A DNA stretch of 64,000 nt from Botryllus schlosseri. Its lineage: Eukaryota. Location of the stretch: positions 38,132,001 to 38,196,000 of the forward strand of contig CM119371.1 in assembly GCA_051294905.1 (NCBI GenBank), read 5' to 3'. The position numbers and the translations under genes were made by a program. Numbering within the stretch: position 1 is the first letter of the stretch; the number at the start of each line of letters is the position of its first letter. Under the pieces are notes generated by a model. It was not told where the DNA came from and did not search any database. It saw only the letters and a list, made by a program, of their open reading frames with translations. Of the stretch, positions 1 to 11,900 are shown one piece after another.

Positions 1-320
1 ACGGTTGAATTTCTTTTCTTGTTATATTGGAAATTCAAGCCTCATTAGTTGGTAGTGAAGGCTGTGTGATCCGAAAGTGTATCCCTTTGTCAACCCTTTG
101 GAATTGTTGTGATAAGTACTGTTGTGATGTTGGTGTATATCGGTAATCAGGGCTGTAACTACCTCGCCCGAAACTCTCGACTAGGGATGGGCCCAAAATT
201 AATTCGTAAATGAATAGGACATGAAGTAGAATATTCGTGGGCAGAGTTGTGCAACTAGACATTTTTCTTTGCTATTCGCGCAATTTGGTGTTGCTATATT
301 TAATATTTTGTCTCAATTAT

Positions 321-788
321 TTTAACGCAGAGCGAACGTTTGTAGTTGTATAATTGTATATCTGACTCCAAGATGTATTATTGACTCCAAGAAGGCTGCG
401 TTTACAATTCGCTGCGTGTTCCTCTTCCGTTCGACTGTCTATTGCACACGAATTCGATGAATCACACGGACGAATATATTTTGTTTCTGTCTCCACAACT
501 CGTAATTTTATTGCCAATCACGTATGGTTCAAAATGCAGTATATATTTCTCGCAATTAGCGAAGTACTTATGAATGTCTATCGACTTCCGAACCGGCTAA
601 TAATCATGCATGTATATCGACTTCCGAACTAGCTAATAATCATCAATGTCTCTACGTGGTATTACACACGTACATCTCGAATATCCACGAGCGATTACAT
701 GCACCAAACATCGTACGATTTATCGTCTTATCAGTATTCACACTCCCTATTGCTCAAATCTTAAATGGCGTGAACAATATATTTCGTT
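321..788 (+). repeat. Direct repeat, copy 1 (copy 2 at 2172-2669)
   Basis: About 350 bp nearly identical to 2316-2669 plus a diverged 5' part; the ORF track shows the same peptides twice. Confidence 0.9.
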
Positions 789-2171
789 GAAAGTTCCCCC
801 TTGCTACCAAAAGAACTTGGTGTAAAAAAAAAACGAATATATTGTTCAAAATGTTCGGTTATAAATTCCCCCCTTTCAGCAAAAGAACTTCGTGTAAAAA
901 AAAACCGAACATATCGTTCAAAACGTCATACCTAGGGTCATAACTAATCATAGCGACTGGAGACAGTTAACAATTTTATATGCAGGGGAAAAGTAACTAA
1001 TAAAACGAAATACCATCATAACATAGTATTCGGCTGATCTTGAAATGACTCGAAGTAACATCATTCTGTTTATGCAGACTACTGAAATACAAATCCACGA
1101 CATTAGGCGCTCAAAAAACACAAACATCACTTAATACCTCAAAACAATACATACATGATATAACGGCAACATTAAAGGATACATTACATTGGGCATTCAG
1201 AAAACCGATAATATCACTCGCACACGAACTAATTAGCAAGATACTGTTATGGGTATAAAAAAAATCGAATATTCACCTGCAATAATTTTATTCTAAATTG
1301 ATATAAAACTTCCTAATTCATATCACGTAGCATTTAACATTGGTATATACCGACAGAACGAGAGTGTGCCCTATTTATTGTATTACATGCAAAGCAATGT
1401 TTGCAAATATCATGCACTACCGCGGTGCATATTTCTCAATGATATACTCAACATAAGGGTATCGTCGTATGGTAGAGGCCTAATATCTCTTCATAAGGCT
1501 TGCAATATATCATCATTCATCACACATACATATCAAGCTATTCAGCTATTGGATGCATCATGGCATCGAATAAATAGGGTAGCCTTCTTGCCACGGGTTT
1601 ACCCGCACACATCTCTTATCAAAACATCATGCTATATAAGCACCTGCGTCCTACAGCTCTAGCAGCGGAGGATTAGACTCCCAGGAAATGCGACCCCTAC
1701 CTGGGTTTAGAAACCAATGATTGCAAGTTACTTTACAAAACTATACTTTGTCAATATCCCAATAACAGTAACCAACTAACGTCGTAGCGCAAGAGAATAA
1801 AATCGATCTACCTTAAATTTTTCTAATCCGTGTGATACATGCTTGGAGCACCACTGTCCGCAAATCTGCCAAGCTTCTGCAATTTACGAGCATTTTCTGA
1901 CACTGCAGACGTTGTCTTCATCATTGTCTCCTCTCTGGCGTATTGATCATCGAAAGCACAACCCCGCTGCATTTCTTCCTGGCAATAACGTATAGTCGTT
2001 TACTCTGAATGGTCTTTCTCGCCGTTTTGCAAGGCGAATCTTTGTATTGATCGTTTCCGTGGTCCGTTGCTGTATTTCTATTTCTCGCCGTCGTGCAAGG
2101 CGAATCTTTATATTGATTGTCTTCGGTCGGCCGGTCGGTCTTGATTGATTGAACGTCGGAATGTCAACCAC

Positions 2172-2669
2172 TTTAACGCCGAGCGAATGTTTGTAGTTGT
2201 ATAATTGTATATCTGACTCCAAGAAGGTTGCGTTCACAATTCGCTGCGTGTTCTTCTTTCGTTCGACGACCGGCGTACACGCCGTACGACCTTGTTGGCT
2301 GACGTACCACGAAGCCTGTCTATTGCACACGAATTCGATGAATCACACGGACGAATATATTTTGTTTCTGTCTCCACAACTCGTAATTTTATTGCCAATC
2401 ACGTATGGTTCAAAATGCAGTATATATTTCTCGCAATCAGCGAAGTACTTATGAATGTCTATCGACTTCCGAACCGGCTAATAATCATGCATGTATATCG
2501 ACTTCCGAACTAGCTAATAATCATCAATGTCTCTACGTGGTATTACACACGTACATCTCGAATATCCACGAGCGATTACATGCACCAAACATCGTACGAT
2601 TTATCGTCTTATCTGTATTCACACTCCCTATTGCTCAAATCTTAAATGGCGTGAACAATATATTTCGTT
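2172..2669 (+). repeat. Direct repeat, copy 2
   Basis: Matches 321-788. Confidence 0.9.
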
Positions 2670-2931
2670 AAAATTATTCACATATTTACATACATACATG
2701 TAAATAAATCAATTGAAATCCCAACAACTGGTAGAAGTATGACTTAAAATAGATCAGATAATTACAAATATAGTAAATCAGTATTAGAATTAAAAATCAT
2801 ATTCACTTACCACTGCTATTGGTAGAAATGGTAGAAATACGACATGTATTCGATAGAATAATTGAAAAATAATTAAAAATTGAAATATTCTAAAATAATT
2901 TCAAATGCAACACCTTACCCATTGTCCACAG

Positions 2932-5900
2932 GGCAAATCCATCGAAGCCATCCTGAGAGAGCTGAGGGGCGCTGGCCTCGAAGTGGACCGAGGTGGTTTC
3001 AGAAAGTCAACTGGTAGTTCCCAACTGGGAAACCCCCGATTACGGCATTACAAGAGGTTGGCGTCTCTGGATTCTTCGCCTGTCGTCACGACTAAGGTTT
3101 GCCTTTTCTCAACACGTGGCGTCATCGAGTGTAATAGTGTGTGTGTGTGTGACTCGACAGACCGCAACCGATGATGACGTCGTAAAGGAGACCCCGCCTA
3201 AGATGTGGCGAAACACGTTTACCGTCGTGCCGAGTCAAAGGTCATCCGATTTCGGGAGTCCCGTTTCGCGATCTACCCCAAAAGCAAAGTTCAGTGATGC
3301 TGGACGCTCGGTATCGTTGGAGAGAGCGAAACGTGAGGAACCCAAACGGGGAGACGAATTAGAAGGTTCGGAATTGACGTGATTGGTCGGTCACAAAGTT
3401 GTTCCTCTCTTTCTTTTAGAGTGCTGGAGTAGGCTGTGCATTCGTGTATGAAACATTCTAATGAGCGAAATCGTCACAATGTGTATCATAGTGACTGCTG
3501 AATATATTTTCGAAAAATGCTTACTCATCACTGTAATTGATCATTTTACATTTGCTACAAGGATACGTATTGCAATTACGATAGCAGCTTCCTTAAATTA
3601 ACTGCTAAAGGTGTGCGCAACATCAACCAAACCTACCTACTAGACCAGGGGCGGGCAACTTCTCCAGTCGGCTGGCCTGTTATATGGAAATGAATTACTT
3701 GCCAGGCCGGAATACAGAATCGAAACATTAATCGCGTATTCGTTCACCTATACAAGGAATAAATCGTATTTAATGTACACCATAAGTTTTATGGAGACCA
3801 AAAACAGTATTTAATGACTTTATTAACCATATGTAGGCTACTTTAATAGCTGTTGAGGTCAATCAGACATTTGTGATCGATCAAAGTTGTCAACAAGTTC
3901 TCTGAACTCTGGTTGCATGTCAGATGTATCCACTTATACAAGGAATAAATCGTTTTTAATGTACACCTTGAGTTTAAAGCATAGAGATCAAAAACAGCAT
4001 TTAATGACTTTATTAACCTAATGTAGGCTACCTTAATAGCTGCTGAGGTCAATCAAACAATTGTGATCGATCAAAGTTGTCAACAAGTTCTTTGAATTGT
4101 GGCTGCATGTAGGATGTATCCACATATCCACGGAATAAATCGTTTTTAATGTACACCTCAAGTTTGAAGCATAGAGACCATAAACAGTATTTAATGACTT
4201 TATTAACCTAATGTAGGCTACTTTAATAGCTATTGAGATCAATCCAACAATTGTGATCGATCAAAGTTGTCAACAAGTTATTTGAGCTCTGGCTGGCTGT
4301 AGGATGTAGCAACCCTAATTCAAGACCGCACGTGAACATCAGTTGTATTGGAACGCAGCCTTGTCTTGTTTATGTTCATGGCCGAAAATGTTTGCTCGCA
4401 AATGTATGTATAGTAGCCCCGAACAGAGCAAGTAGTTTCATTACCATCTTTCACGGCTTGGCGAACTTAGATTGATTCTGTGACGCATAAAACTTGTCAA
4501 TACTTTCAGATCAGAATTTCACTTTCGAGGTAGAAACTCTCTGCGGGCCGTTCAAAATCCTGCCGCATACCATATGTTGCCCGCCCCTGTACTAAAGTAA
4601 TTGCATGTGCAGTATTCAGATATTCATTTGAAATAGTTCTTAAATATCATGAAATTGGGTAAAAATTCACGTCGTTCCTTCTGTGTTACTTCGACAATCT
4701 CCAGATGTGGATTCCTGAATTATTGTTACTGGACCTTGAATTTTTCATCGTTTACGATATTCGACTTTCAAATCAAATTTCAACCATTTCCTGTTTCGGA
4801 CTTTCGGAATTTGAATTGAAATCTGGATTTCAAAATCCGTTTGTTCCAGCCACGATCGCGTCAATATTGAGTCGCTCGTCACGAGTAGGACAGATGCCGT
4901 ACATCGGAAAACGCTTGGAGGCAAATCTGAACGCAAACAACTCGACGGCGACAGATTTCGTCGGTAAGTCGGCATTTTACATCGATTTACAAGATTGAAA
5001 AAAATCTTCAAAACCTCCTGATAAAAATTTGCAGACTCTACCACGCCGCCAGAAAATCCCTTCAGATTACAAAGATCAAGAAGCGAGAGTCCGGTGGAGC
5101 GTGACGAGTCAGGTGCCGTTTATTTGGATGTGAATTTGAGAGAACTGTATTTATGCCTAAGCCTTATTATGTTCAAAATAGATAAATTGGTTTATGTTTA
5201 GATCTTGGCCTAAGGATGAATGCCCCATTTCGTCCCCACTCTAACATTATTATTCTCTGACCTGCCGATTCGAATGGATATTGTTTCTTTTCGTACCAGC
5301 GTGACCCTTTTTGTTCAGGCCTAGCCGGCGATTCGTCAAGCTCCTCCAGCTCCTCGGATTCTTCTTTGCCAAGCGCACTTGCAGATAGTACCGACGCTAT
5401 GACGTATCAAGCAGGTATTCACAACGTTTCTGTAGTAGCGTTTGACTTATCGCGTTAATCTTGCCGTCTTTGCTGAAATTTCCAAAGGCAGATCTGCATT
5501 TCATTTATGTGTGAAGCAATCGACAAGTTTGCAATGACAAGTTATCAAATAACACGTAAGACTTATCAACTGCGAACGATGCTGAACACTGCCTGATAGC
5601 CATGTTACCTTTGAATATATAAGTTTCAGCCAATGTGTAATGTCTTATCATGTAAAATTCGTTTGCTTTATATGACATCTCATAATTTGATAAGTCGTAC
5701 ATGTAATTAGGAATTCCGGTTTAAATTGGTTACTCAAATTGCGACAACGGATTCATTATATGACAAGTCATACAAACTTCGTTACCTCCGACGCCGAAAC
5801 TGAAATGCTTTTCAGTCGATTCTTTATGGAAAGCAAAGCATTCAGCTAATCAAGTTTTCCCTTTTAGCTAGCTTTAAACAGCTCATTACTAACTAACTGT

Positions 5901-8900
5901 ACCTAACTGCACATGCACATACAGGGGACGAATCTACCCGAGACATGCACACATCGGTTTTTACGAATACAGTACTGAAAGTAATAGACTTGCTGAAGCA
6001 CTCAATCTAAAATCACATTGGTTATCCGAATTATGTCATTTGATTTGGCTTTCTAGGACGTTTAGGAACCGAAACCTTTTAAACCTCTACTAGTTGCTGA
6101 CGATTACCCCTGACGAGTGTCAGCCGAAAATATTCGGGTTCATTTCAATATGAATATATTATTCAATTGGAAACCTTTTAAATAACCCCGAGCACATGCT
6201 ATTGCGGCAGTAATCATGTAAAAAATGCTATATTAAGACGATAACTTAGGGATATTTTGGTCAAATATATTAGGAAAAACTTCGAGAGAAATTCGATATT
6301 TTCTACGAATTTTATCAATATTTGATAAACAGTTATGGAAGCTTTCTCGGGGAGTAAAATTGTCATAGTTCACCCACCCCAGGCCAGGCACACGGAATAT
6401 CTTCGAGTTGAACACACTGAAAGCGATCTTCACGCTTAGTATGGCCGGCCACCTATTAATCTGCCTGAGAAAATACCTGCATGCCTGCTTTACATGGCAT
6501 TGATATCTGTCTGAATTGTAGCCTCAGTTTTCTTCCATAATCAATGTTTCACATTTCAGGCTTTCCCGTGGACGATTCCATTTTACCGAAAGGGCCTTCG
6601 CCAATTCAGGAAGAAGAGGAAGACAGAACTAGTTCGGGAAAACTTGAGATTTCGAGCCAGAGTTCGGGTACGCCGTGTATTTTTTAAGCTTAGTTGCTCA
6701 CAGTAGTAAAAGCTTACCGTATTTATTGTTTTCAAATAGTTCAAACTAGTTTCCAGATTCTAAAGTCAAATCAAAATCCTCAATTACTTTTCTTTCATGT
6801 CCAAATCCAGTAATAGCTGAGATTTTCAAGCAAATGTAGCTTGCAAATAAATCATAAATCCATATCTGATGTAAATGCGGCCCACACTCTCCATTCCACG
6901 CTCATCACTACAACCGGCTCAAGTAGACATCATGGAAGTAGCATTGTAAATTTTTACTCCGGCGCAAGTACATTCAAGCATACAAACTGAAGTAGAAGTA
7001 GTACAAGCCGGTGAAAACTGCTTCAGTACTCGAAAAAATTACTTTGCAGGGTTGTAACCAGGTCACAAGTCAAATCTACTATTATAGCTTTGACTCGAGT
7101 GGAGCTCGAGTCCGAGTCAGGGTTCAAAGGTTTTGAGTCCGAGTCACAGTGCTGAGATTCGTGTCCGAGTCCAAGTCATTGTGTTCATTGTTCCAGTTAG
7201 ACGCTGTTCAACTCAGGTTTTGTTTGGGTAATATTGACTGCCTCCCATTCATGATAGGGTAGTTACCCGCGTTTTACGCAGTTTCTGGTCTATTTTACGA
7301 TAACCAGTACTGATGGACGAATTACCAGCAATGCAGTCTTCGAAGCTGCAACGAAATGCCGGTCTTGGCCGTCCCATTCTCGAGTCATATAACTTGACTA
7401 CAAGTTGGAGTCAATACAATAATAGCCTCAAGTCGAGTCATTTTACATGTTGTGGAAATTGACTCGAGTCAAGCCGAGTCACCAAGAAATCGCGACTTGA
7501 GTCATGACTCCAGTCATCACAATCCTAGTACTTTGTAGAAGTACTTCGTTACTAACCGCGTCTGGTTATATCTTACGGCAAATCCATTTATCCCTCTTGA
7601 AAACGCAGCTGAAAAATCGGAAGTGATTCCAGCTGTCAGTTTCAACAAATTCCAAAGCGACAATTCGTCGAAAGGTCAAAGTTCGTCTAGTTCGTCTGGA
7701 AGCGAGTACACGGAGCCTCTGATTGGTCAAGAGCTCGACGAATCCGATGCCAAGTTGAAAGATTCGAAAAGTTCGTTTTCTGTTGAATTCCTTTTTTTTC
7801 CAACTTTAATAAATTTATCACGTGCTCAGATCTCGTGACGGTATTTCTCTCTCGATCGCGGGGTAGCCACAAATCGGCCTCGTCGAAAGGGAGCTCGTGT
7901 GACGTCACAGAAGCGAAGAAAGGTAAATTTCGATTTCACTTTCAATGTTTTCGACATTATAGACTTGAAATTACTTTCAATTTTTAATCTTTTTATAATC
8001 AAAAGGTGAAAGTTCGTCGAGCTCGTCAGGCAGCGAGTACACGGAGCCTCTGATTGGCGAGGAGCTCGATAAATCGGGTGCAGCGCTGAAAGATTCGAAA
8101 AGTGTGTTTTCTTTCAAATTTCAATCTTTTTTCAACTTTTTTTCAACTGGGTCACGTTTTCAGATCTCGTGTCGGAGTTTCTCTCTCGGTCTCGAAGCAG
8201 CCAAAAATCGGCCTCGTCCAAGGGGAGTTCTTGTGACGTCGCGGAGGTGAAGAAAGGTGAATTTCAATTCCAACGCATTCAAATTATATTCTAATTTCTA
8301 TTGTTTTGTTTTTGTCACAACAAATTTTTAATGAATTATTCCTAACGATTAATTTGTTTCTGTTTTGACAGATTCGCGATCAAGCCTCGATAGTAAAAAG
8401 GGCGCACACGGTGAGCAAGGATTTTATGCTACTACTGGCTACTACTACTACTAGCCTGAGCTCGAGACTACCGATTTTCCATAAACTACTTCGAAGTAGT
8501 TTTAAGAAATGGACTGCATTTACTTGGGAACAAACAGACATATGGCCAAGTCGTCATGACAATTCCACAATTAAACTTGACGCAAGCATGCATGACCCTA
8601 AACCATGGGTGTCAAACATCCAGCCCGCGAAGCAATATTCTCAGTAAATGGAAAACTGCCTAACAGTTTACTGGAATAATGCGCCAAATCTCACTTTTCT
8701 CTTATTTCCAATTCGTCACCGAGTCAAGTCCGAGTCCAAGTCATGGTTTTATAGCTCGAATCCGAGACCAAGTCACTGTGTCGACTGCTCAGTTTCAGTT
8801 AAAGTCTTGTTAAACTCACTTTTTATAACTCTGTTTGGTGATATCTAGGGCAAGTTTTTGTTGCAGTTAAATCCGTGTGGAAAGTAGCATATATTTTTGA

Positions 8901-11900
8901 AAAAAGTTGAAAAGTTGCAGAAGTTGCATTTTGCTCGGTTGACAAAAAAAGGTCAATTTTCCGGCTCAGCTTCCGAAATACCCGTGAAAACGTTACTTTG
9001 GTGTTGATTTACGGTGTTTCAGTCGAATTTGGCCGTGTATTTCACCAAAATCGAAAATACTTTCATGAAAAATCGAAAAAGTTGCAAAATGTTGCAAAAA
9101 GTTGCACTATAAGATTCCTTCAAACAGCTTAAAACAGCATTCTACATATTTTACGAGTATTTAGGAAGCTGCAAAAAAGTTGAAAGTTGCAAAAGTTGCA
9201 AAAACTTGCCCTAGTGGTATCTAATTGTTCGTATTTATAATACACTAATTCTAATCACTTTTAGAAGTTTCTGGTCGCATTTTCAAGTGCCAGTACCAAT
9301 AGACGAGAAATCTCAATAGCGTGGTACTTTACTATTCTGCGAAATTACAATGAAATGTCGGTCTTGGCGGTCAGAGTCGCGAGTCATATGACTTATTTCG
9401 AGTCATACGCAATGACTCGAGTCCAAGTCGAGTCATTTCCAGATTTTGAGAAAATGACTCAAGTCAAGTCGTCGTAAAGTCGTGACTCGAGTCGAGTCAT
9501 GACTCAAGTCATTGCAACCCTGCGTATATCATATAGGCTTGATAATACGGCATTCCATGTAAAAGCGAAAGTATGGATTTGGAAGTAACATATTAGAATC
9601 ATTTTACTGATTAGAATCAATTTACTGGTCTGGCCCGCAAGCGATCAAAAGGTCTAAATCCGGCCCGCGACCTAAACTATTTCCTGCTTTATAAACCCCA
9701 AGTGTGTAGGCCTAATGAAACTAGTTTTGCTGGAAAAATACTGTTACATAAAAGGGGAAGTTATTGAAAAAGTTACATACTTGAGGGATTGGTTCAAGCA
9801 GCCAGAACCTACTTGGTTACGGCAAAAAGCACTTGATTAGTGAATGCCGTTAGTTCAGTGGTTCTAAAACTTTTTTTGGAAACGCCCACTTTATTATGGT
9901 GGAAAATTTCAAGCCCCCCTTATCGTCATATCACAAAATGCAACCAGAACGCTAGCAATCCCAACAGATAGTTTGATTGTGGGACTGTGGAAGGTTATGA
10001 CTGTTGATGAGAGAATTGTCAAATATGAAATTCGGACTATACACTGAACAATAACTGTGAAGTGAGGTAAATCAGCGCGAAACAAATATAAGTTGACGGC
10101 ATCTTCGCGCCACCCTCCCCCCCAGTTTGAGAACCACTACTTTAGTTGTAGTCTTTCTGGATATCGGAAACGAATTTCTTTTTTTTCAGGAATCGACTCC
10201 CACAAAAAATCATCTACCAGCAGCTTGGAAAATAGTGAGAAATTTCGGAACGTAGATCCGTTTGCAAAATCGCGTGTTTACCAATATTTTTGCATTTCTG
10301 CCTACGTTTAGAGACAGCCAAAACTAAAAGCAAACCCAAGCGGAGAAGTATGGATGTAGCGGAAATATTTCACGAGCATTTCAGCATGCGACATGATGAC
10401 ATAATTAGATGGGACAGTTAAGCATGCGAGTTTATAACCCCGACCATGAAATGAAGCATTTTATGCCTGGCTTTTCCCGAAATATCAAAAAATCGTAGTA
10501 GGTGTACTGCAATAAGGCAAAAACCACTCGTTTACGACGAAGATGTAGACGGAACGTCGTTAAGTTCTGCTCGTTCTACTCGAGTACACGTACAATATTT
10601 AAAATTAAAGCAACGTAGATAAGGTTTGACCCCAAAACGAAAAATACATAAGTATAAATATTACGAGTCGGTAAAACAAACTTGAGGTATTCCGAAGAAG
10701 TAGTACTACTGTCGAAATTCCCATTCGAGTACAATTACAAGTAAAAGTAACTCTTTCCAACAGGGTTTTAACCAAGTCACAAGGTTCCGAGTCACCAGTC
10801 AATCTCACTATAATAGTTTGACCCGAGTCGAGTCATTTTCAATTCACCACTGACTCAAGTCCTAGTCCAAGTCAGTGAGTCACTATGTTCATGTTCACTG
10901 TTCAGTTTTGAGTTCAATTCGGTTCAAGCCTTCATAATACCGTAATTTTCCTCAGTCTTGACAGTTTCTGGCACTATTTTCCAAGTATCAGGACTGATAG
11001 ACGAAACGTCAATAATATGGTGACTTTACTATTGTTCGAAGTTACAATGAAATGTCTGTCTTGGCAGTCCTAGTCCCGAGTCACGTGACTTGGTTCGAGT
11101 CATGCACAATGTCGTTTTACACATTTGAAAAATTGACTCATGACTCGAGTCATCACAACCCTGCTTTCCAAGTAAAACGCAAGCATTTTAGGCCTGGTTT
11201 TGCCTAAAAAACAATACAAGTACAATAGCAGTAGTAAAACAAATAAGCAGAAACCTACCCGCGTACTCCGAAAAATAGGAGCATCGTCTCGAGTACGAGG
11301 GAAAGTAGTGGTAGGGCATTCCGCGTATATAGAACGCAAGCATTTCAAGCCTATTTTGCCTTGAAAAACGAAGAAAGCTGCTGTAGAAGTAGCGAAACTA
11401 CGAAAAATTTCACTTGAATACTCAAAAAAAGTAAAGTTACTTTGTTAATGTGAATATCTTCTCGGCCACATGCAGAATTAGTCGCTGAGTAGCGGAAATA
11501 TGATTGACCATATTTGAGCACGCGATGTTAAAACCCTCAAATTAACCCTGACTAAAACCATCATTTTAACAGTAGCCTCACCATAACTTTATCTTTGGCT
11601 CAACGATTTTGGTATCGATTGTAATGAATCTTGTCGAGCAGTAAGCATTGAATTCACTATTAGCCGTAGTTTAGCATCGACAAATATGTTGCACAAGGTC
11701 ATTGGTTCCCAATCACTTCCGGCCCCCTTTAATATGTTCGGATTCGAAAAAGAGGGATTAGAAACTGGAAATTTATTCGCCTAAATCCGAACGCTCGTGA
11801 ATTGACTCCTAAAATGGTCATTTTCCGAGTAGGAAGTCGTAAAACAGGGTTCTGCGTCTTACGTTCCGATGAGTTGACCTTTTTATAGTCAACTCGCGTC

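Noticed and set aside
4705..4998. ORF frame MPYIGKRLEANL as the true reading of exon 4850-4963
   Set aside because: That frame meets a stop when spliced through the next two exons; the alternative frame (HDRVNIESL..) is phase-consistent.
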